Assembly (NCBI GenBank): GCA_002269645.1
Contig: NIVC01000920.1
Location: forward strand, 186,001 to 250,000
Reading direction: 5' to 3'
From: Macrostomum lignano
Lineage: Eukaryota
DNA: 64,000 bases
Position numbers and translations under genes: made by a program. The notes beneath the pieces were generated by a model. The model was not told where the DNA came from. It did no database searches and worked only from the letters and a program-made list of their open reading frames with translations. Positions 1 to 14,037 of this stretch are shown one piece after another (the stretch's first letter is position 1; each line of letters begins with the position of its first letter).

Positions 1-231
1 CACTGCCCTCAATGTACACACTGCTCTCAATGTACACACTGCCCTCAATGTACTCACTGCCCTCAATGTACACACTGCCCTCAATGTACACACTGCCCTC
101 AATGTACACACTGCCCTCAATGTACACACTGCCCTCAATGTACACACTGCCCTCAATGTACACACTGCCCTCAATGTACACACTGCCCTCAATGTACACA
201 CTGCTCTCAATGTACACACTGCCCTCAATGT
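1..231. repeat. 18-bp minisatellite (CACTGCCCTCAATGTACA)n, probably intronic, runs off the window edge
   Basis: Direct tandem repetition; it produces the spurious MYTLPS ORF. Confidence 0.95.
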
Positions 232-249
232 AAGCAGTGTCCTCAATGT

Positions 250-622
250 ATACACCACCCCAAATATACACCGAAGCCACTCTCACACCACCCCAAATAT
301 ACACTGCAGCCACTCTCACACCACCCCAAATATACACTAAGCCACTCTCACACCACCCCAAATATACACTGCAGCCACTCTCACACCACCCCAAATATAC
401 ACTGAAGCCACTCTCACACCACCCCAAATATACACTGCAGCCACTCTCACACCACCCCAAATATACACTGCAGCCACTCTCACACCACCCCAAATATACA
501 CTGAAGCCACTCTCACACCACCCAAAATATACACTGAAGCCACTCTCACACCACCCCAAATATACACTGAAGCCACTCTCACACCACCCAAAATATACAC
601 TGAAGCCACTCTCACACCATCC
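250..622. repeat. 33-bp minisatellite (CACTCTCACACCACCCCAAATATACACTG[A/C]AGC)n
   Basis: About 11 tandem copies; 11-aa periodicity in the spurious ORFs. Confidence 0.95.
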
Positions 623-716
623 CTAAATGAAGCAAAGCACTCCGAGCACAAATCAATCAACACCGAAAGTAAATCCATTTCGTTAAGATTTGACTCTGCC
701 ACTCTTCAACCAACAG

Positions 717-3700
717 AGACTGATCAATAACGCCATCAACTTGAGAGGCCTGACCCAACTCACCGATGCTTTGATTAAAACTGGTAGCCTGAAAATTCTC
801 GACCTCTCAGGTAAGTCTGAAAAGAACTGAAAGGGAAGGCATGCTTGAAGAGCCTTTCTTTTGTCTTGCACTTTGGCAAATAAAAGCCCGTTGAAAGAAG
901 AGCCTATTTGAACTTCTCACCTCAGCTGCAATGCGTCGTTTTGTTTTAGGAAACCGATTCGAGGAGAAGTGCGGACTGCAGCTGCGAAGACTGCTTGAGG
1001 TAGAGGAGAAACTTTTTTTTAATTTAAGAAAAGTACTGGAGTAACAAATTTTGAGGGTCAAGCCTGCTCACACTGACACTGAGCTCAAAAGTATTTTAAT
1101 TACAGAGTGAAATGCCATATTTACCGTATTTTGCAGGAAAACCGGTCCATCGAGGAGCTGCACGTGGGGCATAACAACTTTAGAGAGAAAGGTACCATCG
1201 CGATCGCGTACGGATTAGGTGAGACAGAAGATTAACTGACAATATGACTGACTGACTAACAGATTGATTAGCAGAAATGCAGGAAGACAGGTACACTACG
1301 ACATACTCGTATTTAATCGGATAAATCTTTAAGCGACACATCGACAAACACTAATACAGGAACCAGGTCAGGCATCAAGTCAGACACCGAGTAAGACATC
1401 AAGTCAGACACCAAGTCAGGCACCAAATCAGGCTTCAAGTCAGACACCGAGTCAGACACCAAGTCAGGCACCAAGTCAGGCACCAAGTCAGACACCAAGT
1501 CAGACACCAAGTCAGACACCAAGTCAGACACCAAGTCAGACACCAAGTCAGACATCAAGTCAGACACCAGGTCAGACACCAAGTCAGACACCAAGTCAGA
1601 CACCAAGTCAGACACCAAGTCAGACACCAAGTCAGACACCAAGTCAGACACCAAGTCAGACACCAGCTCAAGCATCAAGTCAGACACCAAGTCAGACACC
1701 AAGTCAGACACCAAGTCAGACACCAAGTCAGACACCAAGTCAGACACCAAGTCAGACATCAAGTCAGTCACCAGGTCAGACACCAAGTCAGACACCAAGT
1801 CAGACACCAAGTCAGACACCAAGTCAGACACCAAGTCAGACACCAAGTCAGACACCAAGTCAGACACCAAGTCAGACACCAAGTCAGACATCAAGTCAGA
1901 CACCAGGTCAGACACCAAGTCAGACACCAAGTCAGACACCAAGTCAGACACCAAGTCAGACACCAAGTCAGGCACCAAGTCAGACACCAGATCAAGCATC
2001 AAGTCAGACACCAAGTCAGACACCAGATCAAGCACCAAGTCAGACACCAGGTCAGAAACCAGGTCAGACATCAAGTCAGACACCAAGTCAGACACCAAGT
2101 CAGACACCAAGTCAGACACCAAGTCAGACACCAAGTCAGACACCAAGTCAGACACCAAGTCAGACACCAAGTCAGACACCAAATCAGACATCAAGTCAGA
2201 CACCAAGTCAGACACCAAGTCAGACACCAAGTCAGACACCAAGTCAGACACCAAGTCAGACACCAAGTCAGACATCAAGTCAGACACCAGGTCAGACACC
2301 AAGTCAGACACCAAGTCAGACACCAAGTCAGACACCAAGTCAGACACCAAGTCAGACACCAAGTCAGACACCAAGTCAGACACCAAGTCAGACACCAAGT
2401 CAGACACCAAGTCAGACACCAAGTCAGACACCAAGTCAGACACCAAGTCAGACACCAAGTCAGACACCAAGTCAGACACCAAGTCAGACACCAAGTCAGA
2501 CACCAAGTCAGACACCAAGTCAGACACCAAGTCAGACACCAAGTCAGACACCAGATCAAGCACCAAGTCAGACACCAGGTCAGAAACCAGGTCAGACATC
2601 AAGTCAGACACCAAGTCAGACATCAAGTCAGACACCAAGTCAGACACCAAGTCAGACACCAAGTCAGACACCAAGTCAGACACCAAGTCAGACACTAAGT
2701 TAGGCACGCGAAAATGACTGCTCACCTTCCTGCTGACAGAGGCCCTTGCCTCCTGGATTAGTAGCTGGTGCTTAAAGAATTCCTGGGAACTAAAAAAAAC
2801 TAGCTAACCAATTGTATCATGTGTTTTTCATTCTCAATCTCACTCCTAAACAGCGTCTAACGAATCAGTGAAGTTTCTGGACATATCCTGGAACCACATC
2901 AGGCTAAGCGGAGCAGTTTGCCTGTGCGACTGTCTCCGGGTGAATCGCACGCTGGAGACAGCCTTGCTGGGCTGGAATGGCCTCTATATCGAGGGCTGCA
3001 GGTCCCTAGCGAAGTCTCTGCCAGCCAATGACACGCTGAAATGCCTGGACATCTCATGCAACCGAATCGACATCAAGTGCCTGGAGTTCTTGTTCAAGGG
3101 CCTGAAAGGCAACACGGCATTGAAGCGACTTCAAATCGGTCAGAATCCGTTGACAGCGCAGAACATCAAAGTATTCCTCAGCAAAGTGGAGGAGCAGCAC
3201 TTCAACATTGAAGAGCTGGATGTGACAGTGAGTTCCGAGTCAAAACGTCTTGTGTAGACTCATTTTAAGTTTTGATGGTCTTGGTAGAGTTTGTGACAGG
3301 CCATAAATTTTGGGTGGCATTCCTGCGTTCGTAGTGGAAGTTTTGCAACTGCCATCGGTTACATGTACATCCATGCCTGATGAGGAGAAACCTTTGGGAA
3401 GGAGGAAGTTGTCATACGAGCTAGATACTGTAGTGGCAGTTGTGCAAAGACCCCTTTACAGTGATACGGGGTACATGCTAAAAATTCTTTGCATTCCCTC
3501 GCCACACCCACAGGGCCTAACGGTCGACCCTCAAAGTGTCGCCATTGCCGAGCGAATTGGCCAATCTAGAAAGTTCGCCATCATTTACGGTGTGCTGCTG
3601 AAACAGGAGAGCAAAGCGGAGGACGACGACCAGTTTCTCAATGACGACCCCATGATGGTGGGTATAGTTTCTCACTATCAAAGTACGCGACGTCTGTTTG

Positions 3701-5897
3701 CTAATTCGTTCGAGAGGGGTTTTGGCGAAATAGACCCGCTGCCAGATAGGAGGCCAACATGGATGTTAGCATGTACACTCTCCGTGCAATAAGGACAGGG
3801 CCTCATAGCAGAGAATCGTACGACAAACCCCGAATCGGGAATCGAACTGAAATAATTTGGGTTCGGAGCCGAATGCGTTCCCACTGAGCAACTCTGACCT
3901 TGTACCTGACGTTAGTTACTGCAGTTGCTTAATTCACTTTTTCCCACCTTTAATCGCACACCTTCAGGTACTCATGGAGTTCATGAAGCTGAAGAATATG
4001 CGCCTCGTGGACTTGTTTCTCAGTCTGGACGCCGACGGTAGCAAGTCTTTGTCTCACAAAGAATTCAAGGAAGGGCTGGCCGTGAGTTGAAAACATTTGG
4101 CAACTTTTCTCTTTCGTTGCTTGTGAAGTAGCTCGTACTTTCGGGTTTTTCGGGGTGGCCTGGTAGGTCTTGAATCCCACCGCTGCCACCAATGAAGTAC
4201 AGAGCTTTTACTTCCCGATTTACAGGCACCTAAGTTATGCCTTAAGTCTCGCGCCTTTTCTTCGAAGTCTTCTTGTAGCTCTTGTAGTACTGCCACCAGT
4301 TCCTTCAAGTCTCTGCCTTCGGTGAGGTGAGCTTCCCGTCGGAACGAAATAAACAAGTCAACGAACTCAGCACAGCGTGCAGATTAGAAGATTATCGAAT
4401 AAGGCGTCCTGGTCAGCAGATCCCGTCGGGCTCAGTGGGTGGTTGGGAAGGCCTGTTAGCCTCCTTTAGGCTTGGGCGTCTAAGTTTAGCCAGGCCAATA
4501 AAGGAAGAGTTGATTGGACAATAGAACTGTCAGAAAACTTTCGGAAACTGAGAAACTGGACACTAAGAATTGAGAAACTAAGAACTAGACTTGAAAAACA
4601 CTGAAACTCCTTGACTGAACCGAGGGTGAGGGGTCCGTATTTATAGCCTGGGATTCTCCACTGCCCCAATGTGCAAAAGACCTCGTGACTTTATTCTAGT
4701 TTTAGAACTGACGTCACTTGGAGTCCTCCGGCACAGTGCACCAGGCTGTGACTCAGTGTCTATTTTTAGAAACATGAGTTACTCCTTTCCTTAGAGAAGG
4801 GAAGGGCCTCAGGCACGTGATTCCTCAGTAAACTCGCGGACCAGCAAGTGTAGGACTTCGAGAAAACAAGACTTGTCATGTGACTTGCTCACATGACAAG
4901 GGAAACAGGCCATCAGCGTGACCTCAGGACAGGAACGAAACGCAGAGCAGGCCACAGCCGAGAAGCTCATGGCTGCAAGCAAGAGCGCAGAGAAGAGGGG
5001 GGAGGGAGGAAACAGTCAGAAAAGGGGAGGGAGGCTGCCCAGCGGCAGACAGCAACCCAGGGCGAGGGCAAGGGCGAAGGAAGCTGCTGACAATAGTGCG
5101 ACGCCTAACATCAAACTGGCGGCTCCCTACACTTGCACATCTAAATTTGATGACGAGCTTGAAATCAATTAATTTTGTTGCCGCGCGAGACATTCGACCA
5201 AAAAGTCACGCAATCAGCGGTCAAAAAATCCTGAATCTAGACTAATTGAAAGTCAAGTTCAAGATTCAATTCCAAATCTAATTGATTCTTGTTATTTCCT
5301 TAACAGTAAAATGATAGTTAGATAGCGTTAAAAATACAACTGAAACCGATGTACGGATACCGCCTGCAAACAGGTTGACTATGAAATGAATGTCAGCGAA
5401 AACCTTGCAAGTTAAAACAAATTGGCTCCACACTGATTGGCAGCCACTGAACTCCCAAACCCGACCCGACCCTGCAGACCGTGGGCGTGCCCATGTCGCC
5501 AATGTGCGTCCAAAGACTGGTTCGCGTGCTAGACCGGGACGGAGACGGTGAGATCGACTACTCCGAGCTGATCGGCGGCCAGCGCGAGCACCGTCGACGC
5601 TTGATGAAAATCCAAGCCATGGAGCGCAACGTGCCCTACGAGGAGACTGAGCTGGGCTCCATCAATCTTAAGCTGCGCCGCCTGCTGGCTAAACGAGAGC
5701 GCGCTATGCGCGAGGCTCGCGCGGCCGAGACGGCGTCTGCCAGCGCGCCAAGCGCTTCGTCGACATCCGGAGCGACCGGCAGCGCCTCGGCCGCAGGCCG
5801 CTTTAGTCGCAAACAGGCGCCGCAGTCGTCAGGACCGCGCATTCTCGACGTGGCCCTGAAGGCCTTCAACAATGCTAACTCCTCGGTGACTGAGTGA
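717..5897 (+). CDS. Leucine-rich repeat protein with two C-terminal EF-hands (LRRC74A/B-like architecture); 5' part lies outside the window
   Basis: Exons with GT-AG boundaries and consistent phase: 717-810 (RLINNAINLRGLTQLTDALIKTGSLKILDLS), 950-999, 1137-1218 (ENRSIEELHVGHNNFREKG), 2854-3227 (VKFLDISWNHIRLSGA...LDISCNRI), 3514-3657, 3968-4081 (EF loop DADGSKSLSHKE) and 5478-5897 (EF loop DRDGDGEIDYSE, TGA). RI-like LRRs followed by EF-hands match my recollection of LRRC74 family proteins; orthology was not tested. Confidence 0.88.
1361..2700. repeat. 12-bp minisatellite (GACACCAAGTCA)n inside the LRR-gene intron 1219-2853
   Basis: About 110 copies; the 470-aa SDLV ORF and the CLTW ORF are its translations. 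Confidence 0.97.
4614..4900 (-). promoter_or_regulatory. Candidate Pol II promoter antisense within the LRR-gene intron (TATA + TCAGT initiator, upstream CRE, AP-1 and E-boxes)
   Basis: Minus-strand TATAAAT at 4645-4639; TCAGT at 4618-4614 with its A 29 nt from the TATA T; TGACGTCA 4709-4716; TGACTCA 4749-4755; CACGTG 4814-4819; 12-bp inverted repeat 4872-4883/4889-4900. Motif evidence only. Confidence 0.45.
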
Positions 5898-8474
5898 GCA
5901 AAGTCGACGAAGAAGTGACAGAAGTACAGATAAAGCAATCCATTTCTTGATATTGATATTCTTTTTGATTTCTAACAGAACTTCTCAATTCTTATTTAAA
6001 ATTTACCAGATCACTTTATAATAATTTGGAAAATATCCCAGTAAGTTCTACGGAGTTTTTCGGGTTCTTAGAGTCTGATATCCTTTTCCTCGCGCACGGA
6101 GGCGCTCTAAATCCCTCATGAAAGTGTAGCTTTTGGCTTTGTTGAAAAATGTGGAATGCATGATTAAGATGCGAGTTTCTCCCACTGCTACTGGTCTGGT
6201 GTTTTCTTATCTTCTACATGTACTTTTTACGCCTGTAAAGTGAGGCAGACGTGTCGTCCTAACACAATGACGGATGCTGAAATGCAATAAATTTCAGTCT
6301 TCATCCAGTATCCCCCAAGGGGGGCTGAGTGTGCTAGTCTAAACAACTAAATCTAGCAACAAAAAATATCCAGTGACTACGAAAACTTGTTAGAAACCTC
6401 AAATCTCGCTAATGCAGATGGCAACAGAGCCCCCATCAACAATTTTTTGCATTGCATGCTACTTCCATTAGTAGCCCCTTTAGTACTTCAAGTACTGTTA
6501 TCTGCTAACATTCTAAGCTATTTTGTTCATTTTTTCAGATAAAACGAGGACTTTATGTTGTACAAACACAAGCTCACATTCTAAAAAAGATATAGATTTA
6601 AAACGTGTTTTATTTTGAAACGAATCAAATAGTTATAAGCTACTGAATGAGTAGTAAATATACGCGACACACTTCTTAAAATATTACCTTTTTAAGATAC
6701 GAACTTGTTAATATGTCGCTATGAAAGCTGACAATATTTAATCTAAAGCTAGTCGTACATAATTTCAAATCTTTTGTTTAATTTAACGCAGAATATTTCT
6801 TGCTTGAATTGTTGCATCCCAGTCCCAACCACAAAGAACGAAGACATGCTACCTCGTTAGTAGTATAGAAGAGTCATTGTAGGCTTAGCTTATGATTGTA
6901 CCATAATAATATGATGACGCTAGCCTGCATAAAAATTGAAACTAGTATAACCAATTCTGTAGAGCACTCTGTGTCACTATTAAAAGCGTTGAGAATGTTG
7001 CTCTTGTCAATCCTCGCGACTGTTGTTTGTATAAAAGTGCAGCTGCATGCATCTCATTGATGCAATTTTTATTGAAGCCTTCGATCCAAAGTACTTCAAA
7101 TAAGAGAAAATAATCACTCTGTCTGAACTTCTGAAAGACCACTCACAGCTAATACAATAATATTAATATGTATTTTATTTTTTGTTGGATTCTGGAGGTC
7201 GATTAACACCTTTTACGCCCATCATAAAGTTTACTCATTGATTCCCTTGCTGCTACAGCTGGCTACTTGGGATCAGTGAGCTAAAAGTGAGACAGTAGTT
7301 CCTCATTTTCCACTTCTTTTTTCAGCATAGTTACACGCATTAGCCCGAGTATCAAGTTACTGGCATAAAATATCATTGCCAGACCCCCCCTCCAGTGCAA
7401 CAGCTGTCTAAACCCATGCAGCAACCGGGCTGAAATCCATTCGGCCGTGTCATTTTCATCAGTCTTTATCTTGATGGAGCATTGCACATTTACCTCACAC
7501 TCCTACCCTCGCCCCTATTCCATCGAGCTCCCATACACTCCGCTGCCTGCGTCCCAGGTGCTGGCAGCTGCATGTTGCTGGCAGCTGCGCTAATTCCAGC
7601 CAGCCAGTTTGAGCACTTTCCCCTTCTCAGACCAAACAGAGAGAGAAGATGGTGGAACGGCTTGCAAATAGATATATTGGACTGAGAAATTATCTAATAA
7701 TGCTCATCTGAGGCCAAATATGAATGCGAAATCTATTTGAACAAAACTGACAAATATATTTGCACAACAGGTCTGCCACAGCGCCTCTGCTCTTGGCCAT
7801 AAATTGGTCCTTCACTGCGCATTTGACAGCTATACTCGTTAGTTGGCTGACAAAAGCAACTGTTGTCACAGACGAGTCAATAGTCTGTATAGTGAACTAC
7901 TCTATTGCATTGGAATTGCATTGGATTTCAATTTACTTTCATCCATTCTATTCAACGTTTAACTTTGTCTCCTTTTCAGACACCGAAACTGACAATATGC
8001 TTCTGGCGGGTTGAAAACGCTTGCCGGAGCTACAAAGACTTTTGCCTCAAATTTCACCGGAAACAGTGAATTTTTGCTTCTAGTAAAAATAGATGCATTT
8101 AGTCTGGCTAATGGAGCTCCGGGTTCTAATGATTCCGTGTCCAGAAATGGTTTCAGGTCGGAACTCCAGTCTGGATCTTGTGTAGCAATTAATAAGCATT
8201 TAGTTCGTTTCACTCACGCAATATGAGAATTGAGAAGTCGATGTTCCCTTGCCGAAGTCTGCACAAGTGTTGCCAGAGTTGCCAGTTCGGTCGAACGCAA
8301 GCAGCCTTTTTACAAAAAAGAATAAATACTTTTTTCTTGCAACCTTAAAGCTCCGATTCTAAGAAATTACACTATAATTATACGTTGATGTATGAGCTAC
8401 ACGTAGCTAAACATTAGTTTGAAAATTTTCTATTCGACAGGTGATAAATGTAAACTGACTTGTTAGAGAGGACC

Positions 8475-10690
8475 GACAGAAGGGAGAAGGCAGAAGGGAG
8501 AAGGGAGAAAGGGAGAAGGGAGAAGGCAGAAGGGAGAAGGCAGAAGGGAGAAGGCAGAAGGGAGAAGGGAGAAGGGAGAAGGGAGAAGGCAGAAGGGAGA
8601 AGGCAGAAGGGAGAAGGGAGAAAGGGAGAAGGGAAAAAGCAGAAGGGAGAAGGGAGAAGGCAGAAGGGAGAAGGGAGAAAGGGAGAAGGGAGAAGGCAGA
8701 AGGGAGAAGGCAGAAGGGAGAAGGCAGAAGGGAGAAGGGAGAAGGGAGAAGGGAGAAGGAAGAAGGGAGAAGGAAGAAGGGAGAAGGGAGAAGGAAGAAG
8801 GGAGAAGGGAGAAGGGAGAAGGAAGAAGGGAGAAGGGAGAAGGAAGAAGGGAGAAGGGAGAAGGGAGAAGGGAGAAGGGAGAAGGGAGAAGGAAGAAGGG
8901 AGAAGGGAGAAGGGAGAAGGAAGAAGGGAGAAGGGAGAAGGAAGAAGGGAGAAGGGAGAAGGAAGAAGGGAGAAGGGAGAAGGGAGAAGGGAGAAGGGAG
9001 AAGGAAGAAGGGAGAAGGCAGAAGGGAGAAGGGAGAAGGAAGAAGGGAGAAGGCAGAAGGGAGAAGGGAGAAAGGGAGAAGGGAGAAGGCAGAAGGGAGA
9101 AGGCAGAAGGCAGAAGGGAGAAGGCAGAAGGGAGAAGGAAGAAGGGAGAAGGCAGAAGGGAGAAGGGAGAAAGGGAGAAGGGAGAAGGCAGAAGGGAGAA
9201 GGCAGAAGGGAGAAGGAAAAATTGAGGAGGGAGAAGAGATAAGAGAGAAGAGAAAAGAGAAGAGAGAAGCGAGGAGGGAGAAGGGAAAAGGGAGAAAGGA
9301 GAAGGGAGAAGGAAGAAGGGAGAAGGCAGAAGGGAGAAGGGAGAAGGGAGAAGGGAGAAAGGCAGAAGGGAGAAGGCAGAAGGGAGAAGGGAGAAAGGGA
9401 GAAGGGAAAAAGCAGAAGGGAGAAGGGAGAAGGCAGAAGGGAGAAGGGAGAAAGGGAGAAGGGAGAAGGCAGAAGGGAGAAGGCAGAAGGGAGAAGGCAG
9501 AAGGGAGAAGGGAGAAGGGAGAAGGGAGAAGGAAGAAGGGAGAAGGAAGAAGGGAGAAGGGAGAAGGAAGAAGGGAGAAGGGAGAAGGGAGAAGGAAGAA
9601 GGGAGAAGGGAGAAGGAAGAAGGGAGAAGGGAGAAGGGAGAAGGGAGAAGGGAGAAGGAAGAAGGGAGAAGGGAGAAGGGAGAAGGAAGAAGGGAGAAGG
9701 GAGAAGGAAGAAGGGAGAAGGGAGAAGGAAGAAGGGAGAAGGGAGAAGGGAGAAGGGAGAAGGAAGAAGGGAGAAGGCAGAAGGGAGAAGGGAGAAGGAA
9801 GAAGGGAGAAGGCAGAAGGGAGAAGGGAGAAAGGGAGAAGGGAGAAGGCAGAAGGGAGAAGGCAGAAGGCAGAAGGGAGAAGGCAGAAGGGAGAAGGAAG
9901 AAGGGAGAAGGCAGAAGGGAGAAGGGAGAAAGGGAGAAGGGAGAAGGCAGAAGGGAGAAGGCAGAAGGGAGAAGGAAAAATTGAGGAGGGAGAAGAGATA
10001 AGAGAGAAGAGAAAAGAGAAGAGAGAAGCGAGGAGGGAGAAGGGAAAAGGGAGAAAGGAGAAGGGAGAAGGAAGAAGGGAGAAGGCAGAAGGGAGAAGGG
10101 AGAAAGGGAGAAGGGAGAAGGCAGAAGGGAGAAGGCAGAAGGGAGAAGGAAAAATTGAGGAGGGAGAAGAGATAAGAGAAAAGGAAAAGAGAAGAGAGAA
10201 GCGAGGAGGGAGAAGGGAAAAGGGAGAAGGGAGAAGGGAGAAGGCAGAAGGGAGAAGGAAGAAGGGAGAAGGCAGAAGGGAGAAGGGAGAAAGGGAGAAG
10301 GGAGAAGGCAGAAGGGAGAAGGCAGAAGGGAGAAGGAAAAATTGAGGAGGGAGAAGAGATAAGAGAGAAGAGAAAAGAGAAGAGAGAAGCGAGGAGGGAG
10401 AAGGGAAAAGGGAGAAAGGAGAAGGGAGAAGGAAGAAGGGAGAAGGCAGAAGGGAGAAGGGAGAAAGGGAGAAGGGAGAAGGCAGAAGGGAGAAGGCAGA
10501 AGGGAGAAGGAAAAATTGAGGAGGGAGAAGAGATAAGAGAGAAGAGAAAAGAGAAGAGAGAAGCGAGGAGGGAGAAGGGAAAAGGGAGAAGGGAGAAGGG
10601 AGAAGGGAGGAAGAGAACAGGGAGAAAAGAGAAGGGAGAGGAGGGGGAGGAGGGTGAGACTGGACAGGAAGCGAGTCAGATGGCAAGAGA
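8475..10690. repeat. Purine-rich 7-bp minisatellite (GGGAGAA/GGCAGAA/GGAAGAA)n with higher-order duplications
   Basis: Almost pure A/G on the + strand; an interrupting block GGAAAAATTGAGGAGGGAGAAGAGATAAG recurs five times. The 759-aa and 260-aa ORFs are repeat translations. Confidence 0.97.
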
Positions 10691-11232
10691 GGGAGAGTGA
10701 GCAGTGAAGGGGAAGCTAATGAAGATTTCAGAGCGATCCCCTATTTATCATTAGCTATCCTGGAAGTCACGCAGTCTGCCTAAACTATTGCAAAAGGACC
10801 AAAGTGGCCCAAGGCACTTCAAAGCCATTTTTTCCACTGCTTGCATTCCCGATAGCTATGAAGGTTTTCAATGATCCCGACGGGCGCACTGCCAACACTG
10901 GCATGTCACCGAATCTCAAGAATGCTACGCACCGGGTTCCCTATCGGATCACGTGCTCGGATTCTGACAGCCCCGAGGCGTCTGGCTGCTTTTAACGTTT
11001 CTGCTGAGCTCACGGCAAAGACTTGAGAAGAGAATGCAATTATAAAAGCTTAATTCAAAATTTCCGTGTTCCAGATGGCGCTTTTGGCTTCCTAAAATGA
11101 TTGAAAATTTGTCTGTTTGGAAATGTTTGTAAAATAGCAAAAAAGCAGCACTTTTTCTGCTTTCAGGCATCTAGAATTTCTTTCATTTTGTTGAGTTTTC
11201 CTGTTCTGCCAAAATTTAGCATTCGGTCAGCT

Positions 11233-11606
11233 ATGGCGCCCCCCCCCCCACACTGCAGCTGTGGCGCCCCCCCCACACTGCAACTGTGGCGCCCCCCCCA
11301 CTGCAACTGTGGCGCCCCCCACACTGTAGCTTTGGTGCCCCCCCACACAGCTGTGGCGCCCCCCCCACACTGCAACTGTGGCGCCCCCCCCTACACTGCA
11401 ACTGTGGCGCCCCCCCCCCACACTGCAGCTGTGGCCCCCCACACTGCAACTGTGGCCCCCCCACACTGTAGTTGCGGCGCCCCCCCCCACACTGCAACTG
11501 TGGCGCCCCCCCTACACTGCAACTGTGGCGCCTTCCCCCCTACACTGCAACTGTGGCGCCCCCCCCCCCCTACACTGCAACTGTGGCGCCCCCCACACTG
11601 CAGCTG
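11233..11606. repeat. About 23-bp C-rich minisatellite (CACTGCAACTGTGGCGCCCCCCC)n
   Basis: Tandem copies with variable poly-C length. Confidence 0.93.
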
Positions 11607-11974
11607 ATCCACTGATAACAAGAGGCGTCACACCATCACCAGTTTATTTGGCTAACAAAGAATTCATCATGCCACACTTCGGCTTGCACTGCTCCTTTAT
11701 TCTGCCCTCATTGAAATAATTTCTGTCATTTCTGATTGACTAAGTCTGTCATTTCAGACAGAGAAATGCCAAATATTAATTATGATTATTGGGCTTCATT
11801 AATCTGCCGAAAATTGTCAATAGCATAGCAGGGTGGCTAAACGGCAGCATAAAATAAACAAATGGAAGAGATCTATTTTTATTCCTAGTGTTAATCAGCT
11901 GAGAGCAGATCTAGCTGCAATTATTTTAATTACAAACCTCTGATCAAGCATGTCGCCTAATGCCAATGCATACC

Positions 11975-12710
11975 TTCCAACGCACACAGCACCAACCTCC
12001 ATAGCACCATCTCCATTCAGCACCCACCCCCCACAGCACCAATACCCCCCCCACAGGACCAACCCTCCACAGTACCATCTCCACACAGCACCAAACCCAC
12101 ACAGCACCAACCCCCACAGCACCAACCCCCACAGCACCAACCCCCACAGCACCAACCCCCACAGCACCAACCCCCACAGCACCAACCCCCACAGCACCAA
12201 CCCCACAGCACCAACCCACACAGCACCAAACCCACACAGCGCCAATCCCCACAGCACCAACCTCTACAGCACCAACCCCCCACAGCACCAACCCCCAGCA
12301 CCAACCCAACAACACCAACCCCCCACAGCAGCCACCCCCGGATAGCGCCAACCCCCACAGCACCAACCCCCACAGTACCAATCCCCACAGTACCAACCCC
12401 ACAGTACCAACCCCACAGCACCAACCCCCCACAGTACCAACCCCACAGCACCAACCCCCCACAGTACCAACCCCCACAGCACCAACCCCCACAGCACCAA
12501 CCCCACAGTACCAATCCCCACAGTACCAACCCCACAGTACCAACCCCACAGCACCAACCCCCCACAGTACCAACCCCCACAGCACCAACCCCCACAGCAC
12601 CAACCCCCACAGCACCAACCCCCCACAGCACCAACCCCCACAGCACCAACCCCCACAGCACCAACCCCCACAGCACCAACCCCCACAGCACCAACCCCCA
12701 CAGCACCAAC
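11975..12710. repeat. 15-16-bp C/A-rich minisatellite (CACAGCACCAACCCC)n
   Basis: Tandem copies; source of the GLVLW and GGWCC ORFs. Confidence 0.95.
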
Positions 12711-13307
12711 AATTCAACCAAAACTCCCAACGCAGCCAGGCTTTGCATTATTAAAACCACTCAAAGCTGCCTCTTCAGAAAAAAGCTCTAAAAAGATTAG
12801 CGTTAAGTACTCCCTACTCAATTAGGAGCATCAAAACGCCTCCTCTGCGAACTCTCTCCTCTTCTCTTTGCTGAGCCGCTTTTTTCACACCCAGAAGCTG
12901 ATTCTTCACCAGAAGACCGCTCTGCATTGATTTGTGAATGTTTTGCTTGCGAAAGCAATAGCCATAAGCATAAACCGCTTCTATGAAGACAGGTCTGTTT
13001 TCCTAGCGAGAAAAAGAGCATATTTTATGAATATGCACGAAAGTGGCTGCGAACGATTCAGCTGTGAGCAAAGCAGTATTGATTCAACCGCCAATGCCTC
13101 ATCCAATCCTGCGGAGGCTGTATGCTAAAATATTTCTGCTTCAAGCATTATTGTCGGCTTCTTTCAATGGCATGCCAAATTTTAGAGCAATAAAAACAAT
13201 TAGCTAACTATAAAATATTCAGTTTATTAGTTGGGCAGTAAAACTTTTGTGATGGAATTAGAGTAATTAATCCGTAATAACAGCTTATCAATAATGATGA
13301 TGAATAC

Positions 13308-14037
<730 letters not shown>

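Noticed and set aside
1313-2725. 470-aa SDLV-repeat ORF
   Set aside because: Translation of a stop-free 12-bp intronic minisatellite antisense to the LRR gene; no unique coding context.
3370-3400. CTGATGAG…GAAAC as a hammerhead ribozyme core
   Set aside because: There is no room for stem II and no flanking stems were found.
3310-3792. 160-aa ORF as an independent gene
   Set aside because: Only 3514-3657 is a spliced exon of the LRR gene; the rest is intron read-through.
4517-5096. 8-bp direct repeat GACAATAG as a hAT target-site duplication
   Set aside because: No terminal inverted repeats inside the repeat pair; likely chance.
8407-10686. 759-aa LLPSPFS ORF and 260-aa EKGEGRR ORF
   Set aside because: Artefacts of the 7-bp polypurine array.
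10804-13128. Coding-looking patches at 10830-10990 and 12820-13130 (and 14860-15260)
   Set aside because: Interrupted by stops, with no recognisable domain and no consistent splice chain.
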